Shown here piece after piece: positions 20,097 through 32,113 of a stretch of 64,000 nt of DNA (within the stretch, counting starts at the first letter, position 1; each line of letters opens with the position of its first letter). This DNA comes from an uncultured bacterium (GTDB lineage Bacteria; Patescibacteriota; Minisyncoccia; Phycocordibacterales; CAIRYW01): assembly GCA_963766885.1 (NCBI GenBank), contig CAVYBO010000002.1:86097-150096 (forward strand), read 5' to 3'. A program made the position numbers and the translations under genes. Below the pieces are notes generated by a model. It did no database searches. It was not told the DNA's origin and saw only the letters and a program-made list of their open reading frames with translations.

Positions 20097-20176
20097 AACT
20101 TGAAAATATTGCGAAAATGTATATAATTTAGCAATTATTGAGACAGTCAGTCTCTTTTATTTGTAATTATTAGTAA

Positions 20177-20410
<234 letters not shown>

Positions 20411-20417
20411 AACGCTT

Positions 20418-20927
20418 ATGCAGGGACTTGTTTCTTCGTTAGGCATAGAGTGGAAAGAGCTTATCGCGCAGATAATAAACTTTGCGCTGCTTGTTTTTGT
20501 GTTGGCCAAGTTTGTTTACAAGCCGATTATCAAAGCAATTGACGATAAGGAAAAATCAATAAATGACGTAGAAAACAAGTCTGCTGAGATGGAGAAAAAG
20601 CTTCAAGAAATTGAAGACTCCAGAGAGGGTGTGCTCAAAAAGGCTCGTCTTGAGTCTCAAAAAATAATCAAAGACACCGAAGTCAGCGCTTCTATTCTCA
20701 AAAAGAGCCTGATCGAAGAAGCAAAACGTCAAGCGGAAACAATTGTGGCAAATGGTGAGCAGAAAATTAAAGAGGAAGACAAAAAACTCAGAGAAGAAAT
20801 CAGGCGAGAAGTCGGAACACTGGTTTCTGATTCTATTGAAAAGAGCGTAGGTAAATACATTGATGAAAAAGCTCGCTATAGTCTAAAAGATGAAGCAACA
20901 AAAGAATTTGCAAAGGCAAATTTCTAA
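20418..20927 (+). CDS. atpF: F0 ATP synthase subunit b
   Basis: LGIEW..LIAQIINF TM followed by coiled coil; ATG at 20418. Confidence 0.93.
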   Translation: MQGLVSSLGIEWKELIAQIINFALLVFVLAKFVYKPIIKAIDDKEKSINDVENKSAEMEKKLQEIEDSREGVLKKARLESQKIIKDTEVSASILKKSLIEEAKRQAETIVANGEQKIKEEDKKLREEIRREVGTLVSDSIEKSVGKYIDEKARYSLKDEATKEFAKANF

Positions 20928-20936
20928 AGATTAATT

Positions 20937-21317
20937 ATGAAAAACTCCCCTAAAAAAATAGGAATGCTTTTGGCCAAATTGTCTGCTGATGCAAAATCAA
21001 AAGAAGAAGCTTCAAAAATCACAAAAGATTTTGCTGAACTTATTGTCTCTAAAAGAATTGCATCCAAAACCCCAGCAATCATCAGAAGTTTCAGGAAAGA
21101 GTGGAACAATCTGAAAGGAATTGTTGACGTTACTATCAAAGCTGCTTCTCTTGCTGAGGCTCCAGAAATCAAACATATTGGAGACAAAAAAGCAGAAGTC
21201 ACTTTTATTGAAGACAAAAGTTTGATTGGCGGAGCGGAAATCAAAATTGATGATTTGGTCATAGACACTTCAATCAAATCCAAGCTTCAAAAAGTAAAAT
21301 CACAAATTGCAAATTAA
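20937..21317 (+). CDS. atpH: F1 ATP synthase subunit delta (short)
   Basis: DKSLIGGAEIKIDDLVIDTSIKSKL; operon position. Confidence 0.88.
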   Translation: MKNSPKKIGMLLAKLSADAKSKEEASKITKDFAELIVSKRIASKTPAIIRSFRKEWNNLKGIVDVTIKAASLAEAPEIKHIGDKKAEVTFIEDKSLIGGAEIKIDDLVIDTSIKSKLQKVKSQIAN

Positions 21318-21338
21318 AAATCATTTTATAAAAAATTC

Positions 21339-22868
21339 ATGAACAAGAACACCATAATTGAAGAACTGAAGAAAGAGATTTCCGGAATCTCTACCGACCC
21401 TGCGCTTGAGGCTGTGGGCGAAGTTGTCAAAATTTCTGATGGTGTTGCAATTGTTTCCGGACTTTCAAAAGCAAAGTATTCAGAAATGCTTGAGTTTGAG
21501 GATATGGATGGCAAAAAAGTTTTTGGCTTGGCATTAAACCTTGAGGAAGATAATCTTGGGGCAATTATTTTAGGAAACGATCTTCGCCTCAAACAAGGTA
21601 CAAAAGTGCGTTCTACTGGCAGAATTCTTTCAATACAAGTTTCTGATGAAATTATCGGCAGAGTGGTCAACGGCTTGGGAGAAGTCAAAGACGGCAAATC
21701 CCCTATTTCAAATACTAAATCAAAATTTTATCCGCTGGAAAAAATCGCTCCTGGCGTAATTACTCGTCAGTCTGTGACAGTGCCGCTTCACACAGGAATC
21801 AAAGCGATTGACGCCATGATTCCAATTGGCCGCGGACAGAGAGAGCTTATTATTGGCGACAGGCAGACAGGAAAAACAGCGATTGCAATTGACGCAATTA
21901 TTCACCAGAAAAAAGAAAAAAACCGGCCAATTTGCATATATGTTGCGATCGGACAAAAAGAATCCAAAGTTGCGCAGATTGTAGAAAAATTCAAACAGCT
22001 TGGCGCAATGGATTATACGGTGGTGGTTTCGGCTGCGGCTTCTGATCCCGCTTCCCTTCAATACCTGGCGGCATTTACAGGTTGCGCTATTGCCGAATAT
22101 TTTATGGATCAAGGAAAAGATGTTTTGATTGTTTACGATGATCTTTCAAAGCACGCTTGGGCATACAGACAGATTTCTTTGCTTTTGAAGCGACCACCAG
22201 GCCGTGAAGCTTATCCTGGAGACGTGTTTTATCTTCACTCAAGGCTTTTGGAACGTGCAGGAAGACTTTCTAAAGAATACGGTGGAGGATCCATTACTGC
22301 GCTTCCTATTATTGAAACTCAGGCTGGAGATATTTCCGCTTACATTCCAACAAACGTAATTTCAATTACAGACGGACAAATCTTTCTTGAATCAGACCTT
22401 TTCAACTCCGGACTTCGTCCTGCAATTAACGTTGGGCTTTCAGTTTCTCGCGTGGGATCAAGCGCTCAGACCAAGGCTATGAAAAAAGTTGCCGGAAGAA
22501 TGAAACTTGATTTGGCGCAGTTTAGAAGCTTGGCAGCATTTGCGCAGTTTGGTTCTGACTTGGATCCTGCAACTAAAAAGCAACTTGAACTTGGACAGAG
22601 ACTTACAGAGCTTTTGAAGCAGCCGCAATATGAAGACCAATCATTCAATGAAATTTCTGTAATTATTTTTGCTGCAGGCCAAGGACTTCTAAACGACATC
22701 GCAATTCCTGATATCAAAAAATATGAAAAGCAGTTTATAAATTTCCTCAAAGAAAGACATCCGAAAATTCTAGAAACAATATTTGATACAGCTGAATTGT
22801 CGGAAGAAACTCAGGCTAAGTTAAAGGAGGTTATTCCAGACTTTAATTCAAACTACTGGAACAAATAA
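21339..22868 (+). CDS. atpA: F1 ATP synthase subunit alpha
   Basis: GDRQTGKT; [13 protein letters not shown]. Confidence 0.98.
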   Translation: MNKNTIIEELKKEISGISTDPALEAVGEVVKISDGVAIVSGLSKAKYSEMLEFEDMDGKKVFGLALNLEEDNLGAIILGNDLRLKQGTKVRSTGRILSIQVSDEIIGRVVNGLGEVKDGKSPISNTKSKFYPLEKIAPGVITRQSVTVPLHTGIKAIDAMIPIGRGQRELIIGDRQTGKTAIAIDAIIHQKKEKNRPICIYVAIGQKESKVAQIVEKFKQLGAMDYTVVVSAAASDPASLQYLAAFTGCAIAEYFMDQGKDVLIVYDDLSKHAWAYRQISLLLKRPPGREAYPGDVFYLHSRLLERAGRLSKEYGGGSITALPIIETQAGDISAYIPTNVISITDGQIFLESDLFNSGLRPAINVGLSVSRVGSSAQTKAMKKVAGRMKLDLAQFRSLAAFAQFGSDLDPATKKQLELGQRLTELLKQPQYEDQSFNEISVIIFAAGQGLLNDIAIPDIKKYEKQFINFLKERHPKILETIFDTAELSEETQAKLKEVIPDFNSNYWNK

Positions 22869-22871
22869 TTT

Positions 22872-23803
22872 ATGGCTACAGGCAGAGCAATTAAAAGCAG
22901 AATAAAGTCCACTCAAAACATCCGCCAAATCACAAAGGCGATGGAGGCTGTTTCTGCTGTCAAAATGCGCAAAAGTGAGTCTTCGGCAATCAAAGGCCGA
23001 CCTTTTGCTTTGTATGCCCTTAGTATTTTGAGACACATTGAAATGGCCCTTGGAGAACTTCCAAAAAAAGCTTCACAATTGTTTGAAGTTCGTCGCAGAA
23101 GGTAAGGAGCTTTTTGTGATTATCACTTCCGATAAAGGCTTGGCCGGATCATTTAACAGCAACGTCATCAGAAAAACAGAAAAGGTTTTGGCAACAGATT
23201 CCAACGTCGGATATAATTGCGATTGGTAAAAAAGGACGCGAATATTTTGCTCGCAAAGGGGTAAATGTTATTTCAAATTATGAAGGCATTGGAGATTTTG
23301 CTGAAATGTTTGAAATTGAGCCAGTATCAAAAAATATAATCTCACTTTTTGAAAGCAAAGCTTATAGTAATGTTTCAATAATTTACACAAAATTTATTTC
23401 GGCTATTAAACAAGAAGTGGTTGTTCGTCCTCTTCTTCCGCTTCAACCAGATATTTTAAAAAAGGTTGTGGAAAACATCATTCCTGAAACCGGAAAATTT
23501 TCTGAATTCAGAGAACAAGCATTAAATGATGATTACGATTACAAATTTGAACCTTCAGCAGAGGACGTTGTTCGCGACCTTGTTCCCTATCTTGTTGAAA
23601 TAGAGGTTCTGCATTCTGTGCTTGAAGCAAACGCTTCCGAACATTCATCCAGAATGATTGCAATGAGAAATGCATCGGACAATGCTAAAGATATGATAGG
23701 CGAACTGACAATTTCATTTAACAAAGCTAGACAGGCGCAGATTACTAAAGAACTTATTGAAATCACATCTGGTAAGGAAGCGCTGGAGGCTGAAATCAGT
23801 TAA
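22872..23803 (+). pseudogene. atpG: F1 ATP synthase subunit gamma split by two +1 frameshifts (possibly sequencing error)
   Basis: ITKAMEAVSAVK in the first frame, ITSDKGLAGSFN in the next, ASEHSSRMIAM..RQAQITKEL in the third; removing 2 nt restores a 309-aa ORF. Confidence 0.9.
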
Positions 23804-23830
23804 ATTAAAAGTAAAAATTAAAATTATTAA

Positions 23831-25213
<1,383 letters not shown>

Positions 25214-25227
25214 AATATAATAAAAAT

Positions 25228-25449
25228 ATGGAACTAAAAGTTTACTCACTCAAAGGCACGATATTTGAAGGCGACGCAACAAGTGTTGGCCTGCCTGCCA
25301 AAGACGGAGTAATTACAGCGCTCAAAGGACATATTCCGCTAATAACAATCCTCAAAGAAGGAGAAATCAAAACCCCAGATCAAAATATTGCAATCAAAGG
25401 CGGCTTTGCTGAAATCACCAAAACAAAAGTTGTGGTGCTAGCCAATTAA
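25228..25449 (+). CDS. atpC: F1 ATP synthase subunit epsilon (N-terminal beta domain only)
   Basis: GHIPLIT..GGFAEI; no C-terminal helices. Confidence 0.88.
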   Translation: MELKVYSLKGTIFEGDATSVGLPAKDGVITALKGHIPLITILKEGEIKTPDQNIAIKGGFAEITKTKVVVLAN

Positions 25450-25451
25450 AA

Positions 25452-26147
25452 TTAACTGATCAAAGTTCCTTCAAAAGGCTTATCAAAAATAAAGTTTTCA
25501 AACTGCTTTAGGTTTTCGCCATTTATTATTGCTACTTCTATTTTATTTTTTTCTGCTTCCTTGGATGCAATCGGATCAAAAGGCGCGTTTAATCCTGGAT
25601 CCCATTTCTTTGGAATTATCTTGCGGAATTCTTTCCAGGATATTTTTGGGATCGGCATTGCCTCGGAATATTTTCTAGGATCTTTATCATAAACGTAATC
25701 AATATTGGAAAGATTGACAATCTTCTTGGCTTTAAATCTTTTAGCCAGCAATACGGCGTCGTAATCCGTGCTCCATCCAGGCTTCCATCCAGCAGCAATT
25801 AAGATTGGTTTTTTAAAAACTATTTTGTCATTCGGATCATGCACCACAACTTCCTCAACTCTGGGCAAAAAAATTGTCTTAATAAGCTCTGCATTAAGGC
25901 GTGTTGAGTGAATTCCAAGCCAATCCACATCTGTATTTCTCAGTTTAGTTACTTTTCTGGCAGCTTGCTGATAGTTTCTGCAAGTTCTTCCTCCTCCGCA
26001 TATGATAATAAATTTTTTGCCGAGCTTAACTTCCCTATCAATAATCGCTTTGAAACTTGAAATAAAACCTGTATCAATTGATTCCGGCACAATAAGCGAT
26101 CCACCTACGGAAATTACAATCGGCGTTTGATCTTTGGCTTTTTTCAT
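25452..26147 (-). CDS. pyrH: UMP kinase (archaeal type)
   Basis: ISVGGS, GGGR, PGWSTDYDA, PFDPIA. Confidence 0.92.
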   Translation of the reverse strand: MKKAKDQTPIVISVGGSLIVPESIDTGFISSFKAIIDREVKLGKKFIIICGGGRTCRNYQQAARKVTKLRNTDVDWLGIHSTRLNAELIKTIFLPRVEEVVVHDPNDKIVFKKPILIAAGWKPGWSTDYDAVLLAKRFKAKKIVNLSNIDYVYDKDPRKYSEAMPIPKISWKEFRKIIPKKWDPGLNAPFDPIASKEAEKNKIEVAIINGENLKQFENFIFDKPFEGTLIS

Positions 26148-26155
26148 AATTAGGC

Positions 26156-26740
26156 TTATTTTATCAAGATTTTTTGCCGAAGTCTACTTTTTGAGACAGT
26201 GCCTATCCTAACCAGTTCAAAAACTTTTTCTTTACTTGAATACCTTAAAATAGTTGATCCTTTATTTGTTACTTTTCCAGAAATATAAAAGTCTGCCTTT
26301 TCCTCAAAATATTTTCTAGCTTCTGCAATATTTTTGGCTGAAGGTTTACCTTCAGTGTTTGCGCTTGGCGCCACAATCGCTCCTGTTTTTGAAATCAAAT
26401 CTCTCAAAGATTTGTTATCTGGAATTCGGAAACATAAAGCGTTTGTATCTCTGTGAAGGTATTTAAACTTACTTGATTTACATTCAAGAATCACAGAAAC
26501 TTTTCCTGGCCAGATTTTAGATAAAGATTTTTCTGGAATATTTTTGACTCCAAACTTTTTAATATCGCTTATTTTTGAAATCAAAATAATCAGCGGTTTT
26601 TTCTTGTTCCTAAGCCTTACTTTGTAAATTCTCAGAACTGTTTTCTTGGAAAACGCACTTCCCACGATTCCATACAAAGTATCAGTCGGTAAAACACCTA
26701 TTCCGTCGTTTTTTAAAAATTTAACAATTTCTTTTTTCAT
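26156..26740 (-). CDS. L-threonylcarbamoyladenylate synthase (Sua5/YrdC)
   Basis: PTDTLYG, KPLIIL, WPG, APSAN. Confidence 0.92.
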   Translation of the reverse strand: MKKEIVKFLKNDGIGVLPTDTLYGIVGSAFSKKTVLRIYKVRLRNKKKPLIILISKISDIKKFGVKNIPEKSLSKIWPGKVSVILECKSSKFKYLHRDTNALCFRIPDNKSLRDLISKTGAIVAPSANTEGKPSAKNIAEARKYFEEKADFYISGKVTNKGSTILRYSSKEKVFELVRIGTVSKSRLRQKILIK

Positions 26741-27835
26741 TTAAGGAATCAGATTCCACATTTTAGGATCCTCGTAGCCGTTGATTTCAAATATTGACGC
26801 TCCGCCAACTCCCTCGCTCTTGGCCAGATTTATTCTATCCAAAATATTCTGCCCGTCGTCAAAAACCACATAATAATGAATTCCACTTTTGGAAAACAAG
26901 AAGAATTTTTCTCCGCCGGCTGTCGTACCAACTGTTCCGTGATAAAGCGTCGAGCGAGAAATTGCATTTGTGTATGTGAGTACGTTTACTCTTTTTACAT
27001 ACCTGGTATTGCCAACAATAGTATAAGTAAACTCGTATCCGTATGTTGGAATTCCAAGAATTATTTTGGATGGAGTAATAACAGTTTTGGCGTAATTCAA
27101 TACACTTGTTATATAAGGAAGCGAAGCGTTTGAAACAGATTCAGAAAGCGGTGAAGTTGTCATAAAGGAATTGCTCTGATAATCAGCCAAGAACTCGTCA
27201 TAAGCCATTATACGTACCTGATCGCAGTTGTTGTTTAGGACTGTCCAATCGTTTACCCAGGGAAAGAGTTTGTTTGGAGGAACATCTGCTCCTGGCGTGT
27301 CTGTAGATCGCGCTTCAACTGTGCAAACTAAGATTTTATTTTGAGCATGCAGCTTTGTGGATAATTCTTCTATAAAAGTTGAGAAAATATTTTTATCTGA
27401 AATATTCTTGCCTTCATAATCAATTTCTATGCCGTCAAAATTGTTTTGGGTAACAGTCGAGACTATTTGATCTTCATGAGTTGCTCTGGTAGTTGGATTA
27501 AAAAGAATGTTATGAATTTCCGCTGCGCTTCCCCAAAGGATTGAGGGTACGATTTTAATTCCCTTTGCCCGAGCATTGCTTAAAACCTGATTCCACGTGC
27601 CATTTGCAATTCCAAGATCATCAGTAAGCGCTCCGCTGGCAGAAACTCCATAGGCAAAAGGTGTGATTATATTGAATTTGTCTAAATTTTGCTGGAGCGC
27701 AGGAATTCCTTGGTCTTGTGTCCAATACGGAATCCAACTTGCAACAGTAAATCCAGATGGAATTGTTGCGGCAAAGGAAAAAATAGGGAAAAGTAAAAAG
27801 CATAAAAACAACTTTAAATAAGTTTTAAGATTCAC
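26741..27835 (-). CDS. Secreted glycoside hydrolase family 18
   Basis: Signal peptide; FDGIEIDYE catalytic motif; IMAYD; GTG start at 27835. Confidence 0.88.
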   Translation of the reverse strand: MNLKTYLKLFLCFLLFPIFSFAATIPSGFTVASWIPYWTQDQGIPALQQNLDKFNIITPFAYGVSASGALTDDLGIANGTWNQVLSNARAKGIKIVPSILWGSAAEIHNILFNPTTRATHEDQIVSTVTQNNFDGIEIDYEGKNISDKNIFSTFIEELSTKLHAQNKILVCTVEARSTDTPGADVPPNKLFPWVNDWTVLNNNCDQVRIMAYDEFLADYQSNSFMTTSPLSESVSNASLPYITSVLNYAKTVITPSKIILGIPTYGYEFTYTIVGNTRYVKRVNVLTYTNAISRSTLYHGTVGTTAGGEKFFLFSKSGIHYYVVFDDGQNILDRINLAKSEGVGGASIFEINGYEDPKMWNLIP

Positions 27836-27869
27836 CCGCTTAGTATAGCAGAAATCCAGATGGAATTTA

Positions 27870-28124
27870 TTATGATAGGTGTTTTGAGACAAGTTTTGTC
27901 ATCTCAAACATATCAACAACAGATTTTCCACCAAAGACTTTCTTTAGATTCTCGTCAGCGATAATATTTCGCTTCTTTTTAGGATCCTGCAGATCTTTGC
28001 TCTTGATGTAAACCCAGAGTTTCTTTACGACTTCCGATCTTGGCATAGGACCTTTTCCAACAACAGCCGCTAATTCGGCGCTTACAGTCAACGGTTTCAT
28101 AAATGCAGAGTTTGTTTTTGGCAT
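27870..28124 (-). CDS. Stand-alone SWIB/MDM2 domain protein
   Basis: SAELAAVVG..PMPRSEVVKKLWVYIK..LQDP..MFEMTKLVSKHL. Confidence 0.93.
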   Translation of the reverse strand: MPKTNSAFMKPLTVSAELAAVVGKGPMPRSEVVKKLWVYIKSKDLQDPKKKRNIIADENLKKVFGGKSVVDMFEMTKLVSKHLS

Positions 28125-28312
28125 ATTTTTTCTTTAATTATTATTAACAGCTTTATTATAGCACTTAAATCCCTATTTGGCGCAAGCTGTTGCAACATTG
28201 ACGAATAAATCAATATATGATACTATAAGCTTACAAAAGTTATCGTTTGAAATTAAAGTCGATTTTCGTAAAGCAATAAAGTTTGTATTTAGTAAATATA
28301 ATCAACCAACTT

Positions 28313-28510
28313 ATGACAGGAAGCATCAAAAAGCTTACAGAAAAAGGTTTCGGTTTCATCTCAGCAGATGGCATGGAAAAAGATCTCTTTTTCCACAGCA
28401 ATTCACTTGTTGGAGTTCAGTTCAATGATCTCCAGGAAGGTGACAAAGTCAGCTTTGAAGTTGAAGACTCACCGAAAGGAAAGAACGCCGTAAACGTTCA
28501 GAAAGCGTAA
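28313..28510 (+). CDS. Cold shock protein
   Basis: RNP1 KGFGFI and RNP2 LFFH; ATG at 28313. Confidence 0.95.
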   Translation: MTGSIKKLTEKGFGFISADGMEKDLFFHSNSLVGVQFNDLQEGDKVSFEVEDSPKGKNAVNVQKA

Positions 28511-28527
28511 TCTAGAAAATTGCGGAT

Positions 28528-28555
28528 AACCCTCCGCTTCGGCGGAGGGTTTTTT
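28528..28555 (+). terminator. Intrinsic terminator after the cold shock gene
   Basis: AACCCTCCGC-TTCG-GCGGAGGGTT followed by T-run. Confidence 0.9.
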
Positions 28556-28561
28556 AATAAA

Positions 28562-28735
28562 ATGAAACCAGCCACAAAATTAAATAAATCAAAAGCACAC
28601 TCAACCATAGGCAAATGGGTGGAAAAACCACGCATCTCGGTTATTGTTGTTTGTATTTGTGGCAATAAATACATCAAGACTCGTAAAGGCCAGACTGTTT
28701 GCATCAAATGCATGTTTGCTGTCCAAAATAAATAG
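28562..28735 (+). CDS. Small basic Cys-rich (Zn-ribbon-like) protein
   Basis: CICG...CIKC; 57 aa from the ATG at 28562. Confidence 0.6.
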   Translation: MKPATKLNKSKAHSTIGKWVEKPRISVIVVCICGNKYIKTRKGQTVCIKCMFAVQNK

Positions 28736-28753
28736 TTTTTTTAATTCAATAAT

Positions 28754-29641
28754 CTAATCAAACAAGACTGAAAGATAGTCATTTATTGTACGTTGATCTA
28801 AGTCATAGAAGTATTGGTTGTCCGTGTGAAGCCTTGTAGCCAAAGCCACACCTACAAACCTCCAGTGCCAAGGCTCGTATTCGTAGTAGCTGTTGTCTGG
28901 CGGATAGGACAAAATAAATCCATATAAGTAAGCGTTGCTAACAAGCCACTGATATTCTGGGGTTTTGTCAAAACCGTTGAAAGTATCTGCAACGGTGGGT
29001 GTGGTAAAGTCCACCGCTGTGCCGAGCTGATGCTCAGAATATCCCTGATCGGCAGAGAACGCGTTGGCGGTTCCTACTCCATAAGTCACTTTATAACTTG
29101 ATTTTAATATTGATTGTGTTCCAAACGAACGATAAGCGGAAATAACCTCCAAAGATAATCCCGCGGTCTTAGCTGCATTCAAAAGCTTTTCCAAAAAGGG
29201 TTCTGCTTGTGTTAGAAACTGAAGCCCGCTGCTTTTATCATATAAAAAAGCTGTGTCCACATTAGTAAGTGATGACGGGACGTAGTTTTCATTTAAGAAA
29301 TAAACTTTAGAATATTTTTCAAGCAATTGCGGGTCTGTTTTGCTTAGTTTATCTAGAGTGCTGACATCATCAGAGATACTTCCCGCTTGCTCGGCATACA
29401 CGCTGGCTTGGCTTTGTGTTGCCTGCACTTGGCCGTCCAAAGTAGTTGTTTGGTTCTCTATGTTTGTAAGAGTGGTTTGAAGGACTGCGATCTTGCCTTC
29501 CAAAGCCGCTGTGCTAGAAGCAACTTTTCCATCCAGTTGCTGCTCAAGCGTATAGCGGCGATATTCGCTGAAACCGACAACAACTGCAATGACAAACACT
29601 GCACTAATTACCTTTAAAATATTAGGGAGTTCCTTTTTCAT
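28754..29641 (-). CDS. M15B family D-Ala-D-Ala carboxypeptidase (VanY-like) with coiled coil
   Basis: SAYRS..Q, SEHQLGTAVD, YEPWHWR. Confidence 0.92.
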   Translation of the reverse strand: MKKELPNILKVISAVFVIAVVVGFSEYRRYTLEQQLDGKVASSTAALEGKIAVLQTTLTNIENQTTTLDGQVQATQSQASVYAEQAGSISDDVSTLDKLSKTDPQLLEKYSKVYFLNENYVPSSLTNVDTAFLYDKSSGLQFLTQAEPFLEKLLNAAKTAGLSLEVISAYRSFGTQSILKSSYKVTYGVGTANAFSADQGYSEHQLGTAVDFTTPTVADTFNGFDKTPEYQWLVSNAYLYGFILSYPPDNSYYEYEPWHWRFVGVALATRLHTDNQYFYDLDQRTINDYLSVLFD

Positions 29642-29663
29642 CAGTAGATACTAGCACAGTTTA

Positions 29664-30161
29664 CTAACTGGTTTTTATAAGTTTTCCTGCAAATACTCCA
29701 ATCAAAATTGCCGCGCCTCCAAGCAAGACCATTGTGAAAGCCCTTTTGAGAATTGATACTTTGGAAATATGCGCACTGACTATTCCCACAGCAAAAAGTG
29801 TAACGATTGAAAACGCTATTGAAAATCCAAGTTCCAAATTTGTATCAGCAATCAAATACGGCACAAGCGGGATAAAAGAAGCTACGACAAACGAAACAAA
29901 AATTATTACTGCTCCCATAATTGCCTTACCTTCGCCGACTTCTGCTTTTGCTTTAAATTCTGCGGCAGATTGCTCAGACAAAAAACTTCCAACCGCCATA
30001 GAAAATCCTGCAACAAGCGCGTAAATAATCCCTGTTGCTACGATGTTTTGATGCGACGCCCCGGCAACATCAATTCCCGAAAGAAGTCCGAGCGTAGAAA
30101 CCAAGCTGTCGCTCATCCCAAAAACAATGTTTCGTATGTAGATTTCGCCTTTTTTGTGCAT
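29664..30161 (-). CDS. VIT1/CCC1 transporter family protein
   Basis: VFGMSDSLV; SMAVGSFLS; FIPLVPY. Confidence 0.88.
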   Translation of the reverse strand: MHKKGEIYIRNIVFGMSDSLVSTLGLLSGIDVAGASHQNIVATGIIYALVAGFSMAVGSFLSEQSAAEFKAKAEVGEGKAIMGAVIIFVSFVVASFIPLVPYLIADTNLELGFSIAFSIVTLFAVGIVSAHISKVSILKRAFTMVLLGGAAILIGVFAGKLIKTS

Positions 30162-30167
30162 TAGTTT

Positions 30168-30914
30168 CTACTTCCCTGCGAGAGCTTGGTCAACAGCAGC
30201 CTTCACATCCACATAAGGCTGATCGCCGTTGATAAATTGAGTGCCGATAATTGAGCCTGGAGTGCCTTGGACTCCAAAACTTACACCCTCTGCCTTGTCG
30301 GCATCAACTGCTGCTTGATACTGTGTTGATTTGGAAGCCACAAGCGCTGCGATTTTTTGCTCTTCTGATGCGCCAAGAATTGCGCTTGTCATCGCCAAAA
30401 TTTTGTCTTGGGTTGCCCAACTGCTGCCTTCGGCACCTTGGTTTTGATAGATAAATGTTCGCCATTTGTAAAAGTCGGTTGGATCAGCTTCCCATACCGC
30501 TCTGGCGATTATTGCCGTAGTTTCTGAATCAGGACCCAAGAACGCATAGTCCTTAAAGATAATGCGGAGTTTTCCTGTTTGTACATAGTTTGTGTAAAGC
30601 TGATCTATGCTGTCAGCTTCAAATCGCTGGCAGAACGGGCACTGATAATCTGTCCACACAGCCATTGTGACAGGCGCATTCAAGCTGCCTACGTAAGGCT
30701 CGTTCGTAGTGTTTACTTTTGACGCATCAACCGCTTGCGTTGGCGCTTGCTGACCAGTTGTTCCTTGAGTTGGAGCGGCTGCAGTAGGATTGGCATTATT
30801 GCTTTTTCCTCCAAAAAATAATGCAGCGGCAACAAGGGCTCCTGCAAGAATAATTGCGACTGGTATTGCGTAGGGATTGCTTTTTGTATTTTTTTCTTTA
30901 GTATCGTGTTCCAT
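30168..30914 (-). CDS. DsbA family thiol-disulfide oxidoreductase
   Basis: N-terminal TM; DYQCPFC; GVQGTP. Confidence 0.93.
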   Translation of the reverse strand: MEHDTKEKNTKSNPYAIPVAIILAGALVAAALFFGGKSNNANPTAAAPTQGTTGQQAPTQAVDASKVNTTNEPYVGSLNAPVTMAVWTDYQCPFCQRFEADSIDQLYTNYVQTGKLRIIFKDYAFLGPDSETTAIIARAVWEADPTDFYKWRTFIYQNQGAEGSSWATQDKILAMTSAILGASEEQKIAALVASKSTQYQAAVDADKAEGVSFGVQGTPGSIIGTQFINGDQPYVDVKAAVDQALAGK

Positions 30915-30959
30915 ATTTTTTTAAAATTATTATTATGTTTTTATTATAACAAAAATCTG

Positions 30960-31035
30960 TGGTGGACCCTAGCGGATTCGAACCGCTGACCTCCGTGGTG
31001 CAAGCACGGCGCTCTACCAACTAAGCTAAGGGCCC
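30960..31035 (-). tRNA. tRNA-Ala(TGC)
   Basis: GGGCCCT...AGGGTCCACCA with G3:U70; anticodon arm CCGTG-CTTGCAC-CACGG; T-loop TTCGAAT; 76 nt with encoded CCA. Confidence 0.97.
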
Positions 31036-31097
31036 AAAGGTATTCAATTGCTTAAAACAAAAAGCGTCTAAAACGCCTTTAATATAAAGATTTTATC

Positions 31098-32072
31098 TTA
31101 TTTTTCCGAAAGCGCAAGAGTCAAAAGGTGATCCAAAAGTTCTGGAAATGAGGCTCCTATTGCTCGCATTTCGTCTGGAATAAGCGAGGTTTCTGTCATT
31201 CCAGGCAAAGTGTTTATTTCAAGAATGTAAATTCCCCGCTTTGGATGGACGATAAAGTCAGATCTGGAATAATGCCTTGCGCCGATGGCTTTGTGGGCCA
31301 AGATTGCCATTTCTTGAATTTTTTTATCTTCTTCGTCTGTAAAATTGCCTGGGCAGATATGCTCCGCTCCGCCGGTTGTATTGTACTTTGCGGCATAGTC
31401 GTAGAAGGAATTTTGTTTTGGAGGAACAATTTCGATTGGAAAAAGCGAATAGATTTCTTTGCCGCGATAATTTTCCAAAACTCCGCAAGTTGCTTCTTTG
31501 CCTTTGATAAATTCTTCAACCAAAACTTCATCGTCCACAGCAAAAGCTTTTTCCAAAGCAGCTTGGATTTCTGGAATGGTGTGAGCAATAGATGTGCCTA
31601 CAGACGAGCCGCCTTTCACAGGTTTGATAACAGAAGGCTGAGGAAATGTTCTAAATAATTCTCCTGCAGTGCCAGAATTGTAGTCTGCTTTGTTTACAAC
31701 TTTGTGATGGACGATTTTCAAGCCGTGCTGTTTGAATACGTTTTTGGCCAAAGCTTTGTTCATACCAATTGCAGAAGCCAAAGATTTTGATCCTGTAAAA
31801 GGCATCCCCATATCTTCCAAAATTTTCTGGACTTTACCGTCTTCTCCGTATTCTCCGTGGAGTGCAACAAAAACCACGTCTACCATTTTTCCAATATCAT
31901 GTGGTTTTATGGGTAAACCATTGATATGCCAAACTCCTTCCAAGTCAATATAAACATCAATCGGTAGATATTTTTCGGTAGAAAGATGCTTGAGCACGCT
32001 TGTGCCAGTTTTGAGCGAGACTTCATGTTCGCTTGATGGACCGCCGCGGAGAATTGCAACTTTTTTCTTCAT
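31098..32072 (-). CDS. ddl: D-alanine--D-alanine ligase
   Basis: GGPSSEHEVS, LHGEYGEDG, GSSVG, LEINTLPG. Confidence 0.96.
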   Translation of the reverse strand: MKKKVAILRGGPSSEHEVSLKTGTSVLKHLSTEKYLPIDVYIDLEGVWHINGLPIKPHDIGKMVDVVFVALHGEYGEDGKVQKILEDMGMPFTGSKSLASAIGMNKALAKNVFKQHGLKIVHHKVVNKADYNSGTAGELFRTFPQPSVIKPVKGGSSVGTSIAHTIPEIQAALEKAFAVDDEVLVEEFIKGKEATCGVLENYRGKEIYSLFPIEIVPPKQNSFYDYAAKYNTTGGAEHICPGNFTDEEDKKIQEMAILAHKAIGARHYSRSDFIVHPKRGIYILEINTLPGMTETSLIPDEMRAIGASFPELLDHLLTLALSEK

Positions 32073-32113
32073 TTATTTATTTTACACCCGATTGCCTTTT
32101 TATTAAATAGGAA

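Noticed and set aside
28754-32072. Vancomycin resistance cluster (VanY-like plus ddl)
   Set aside because: No vanH/X/R/S; the genes are separated and fit ordinary wall metabolism.
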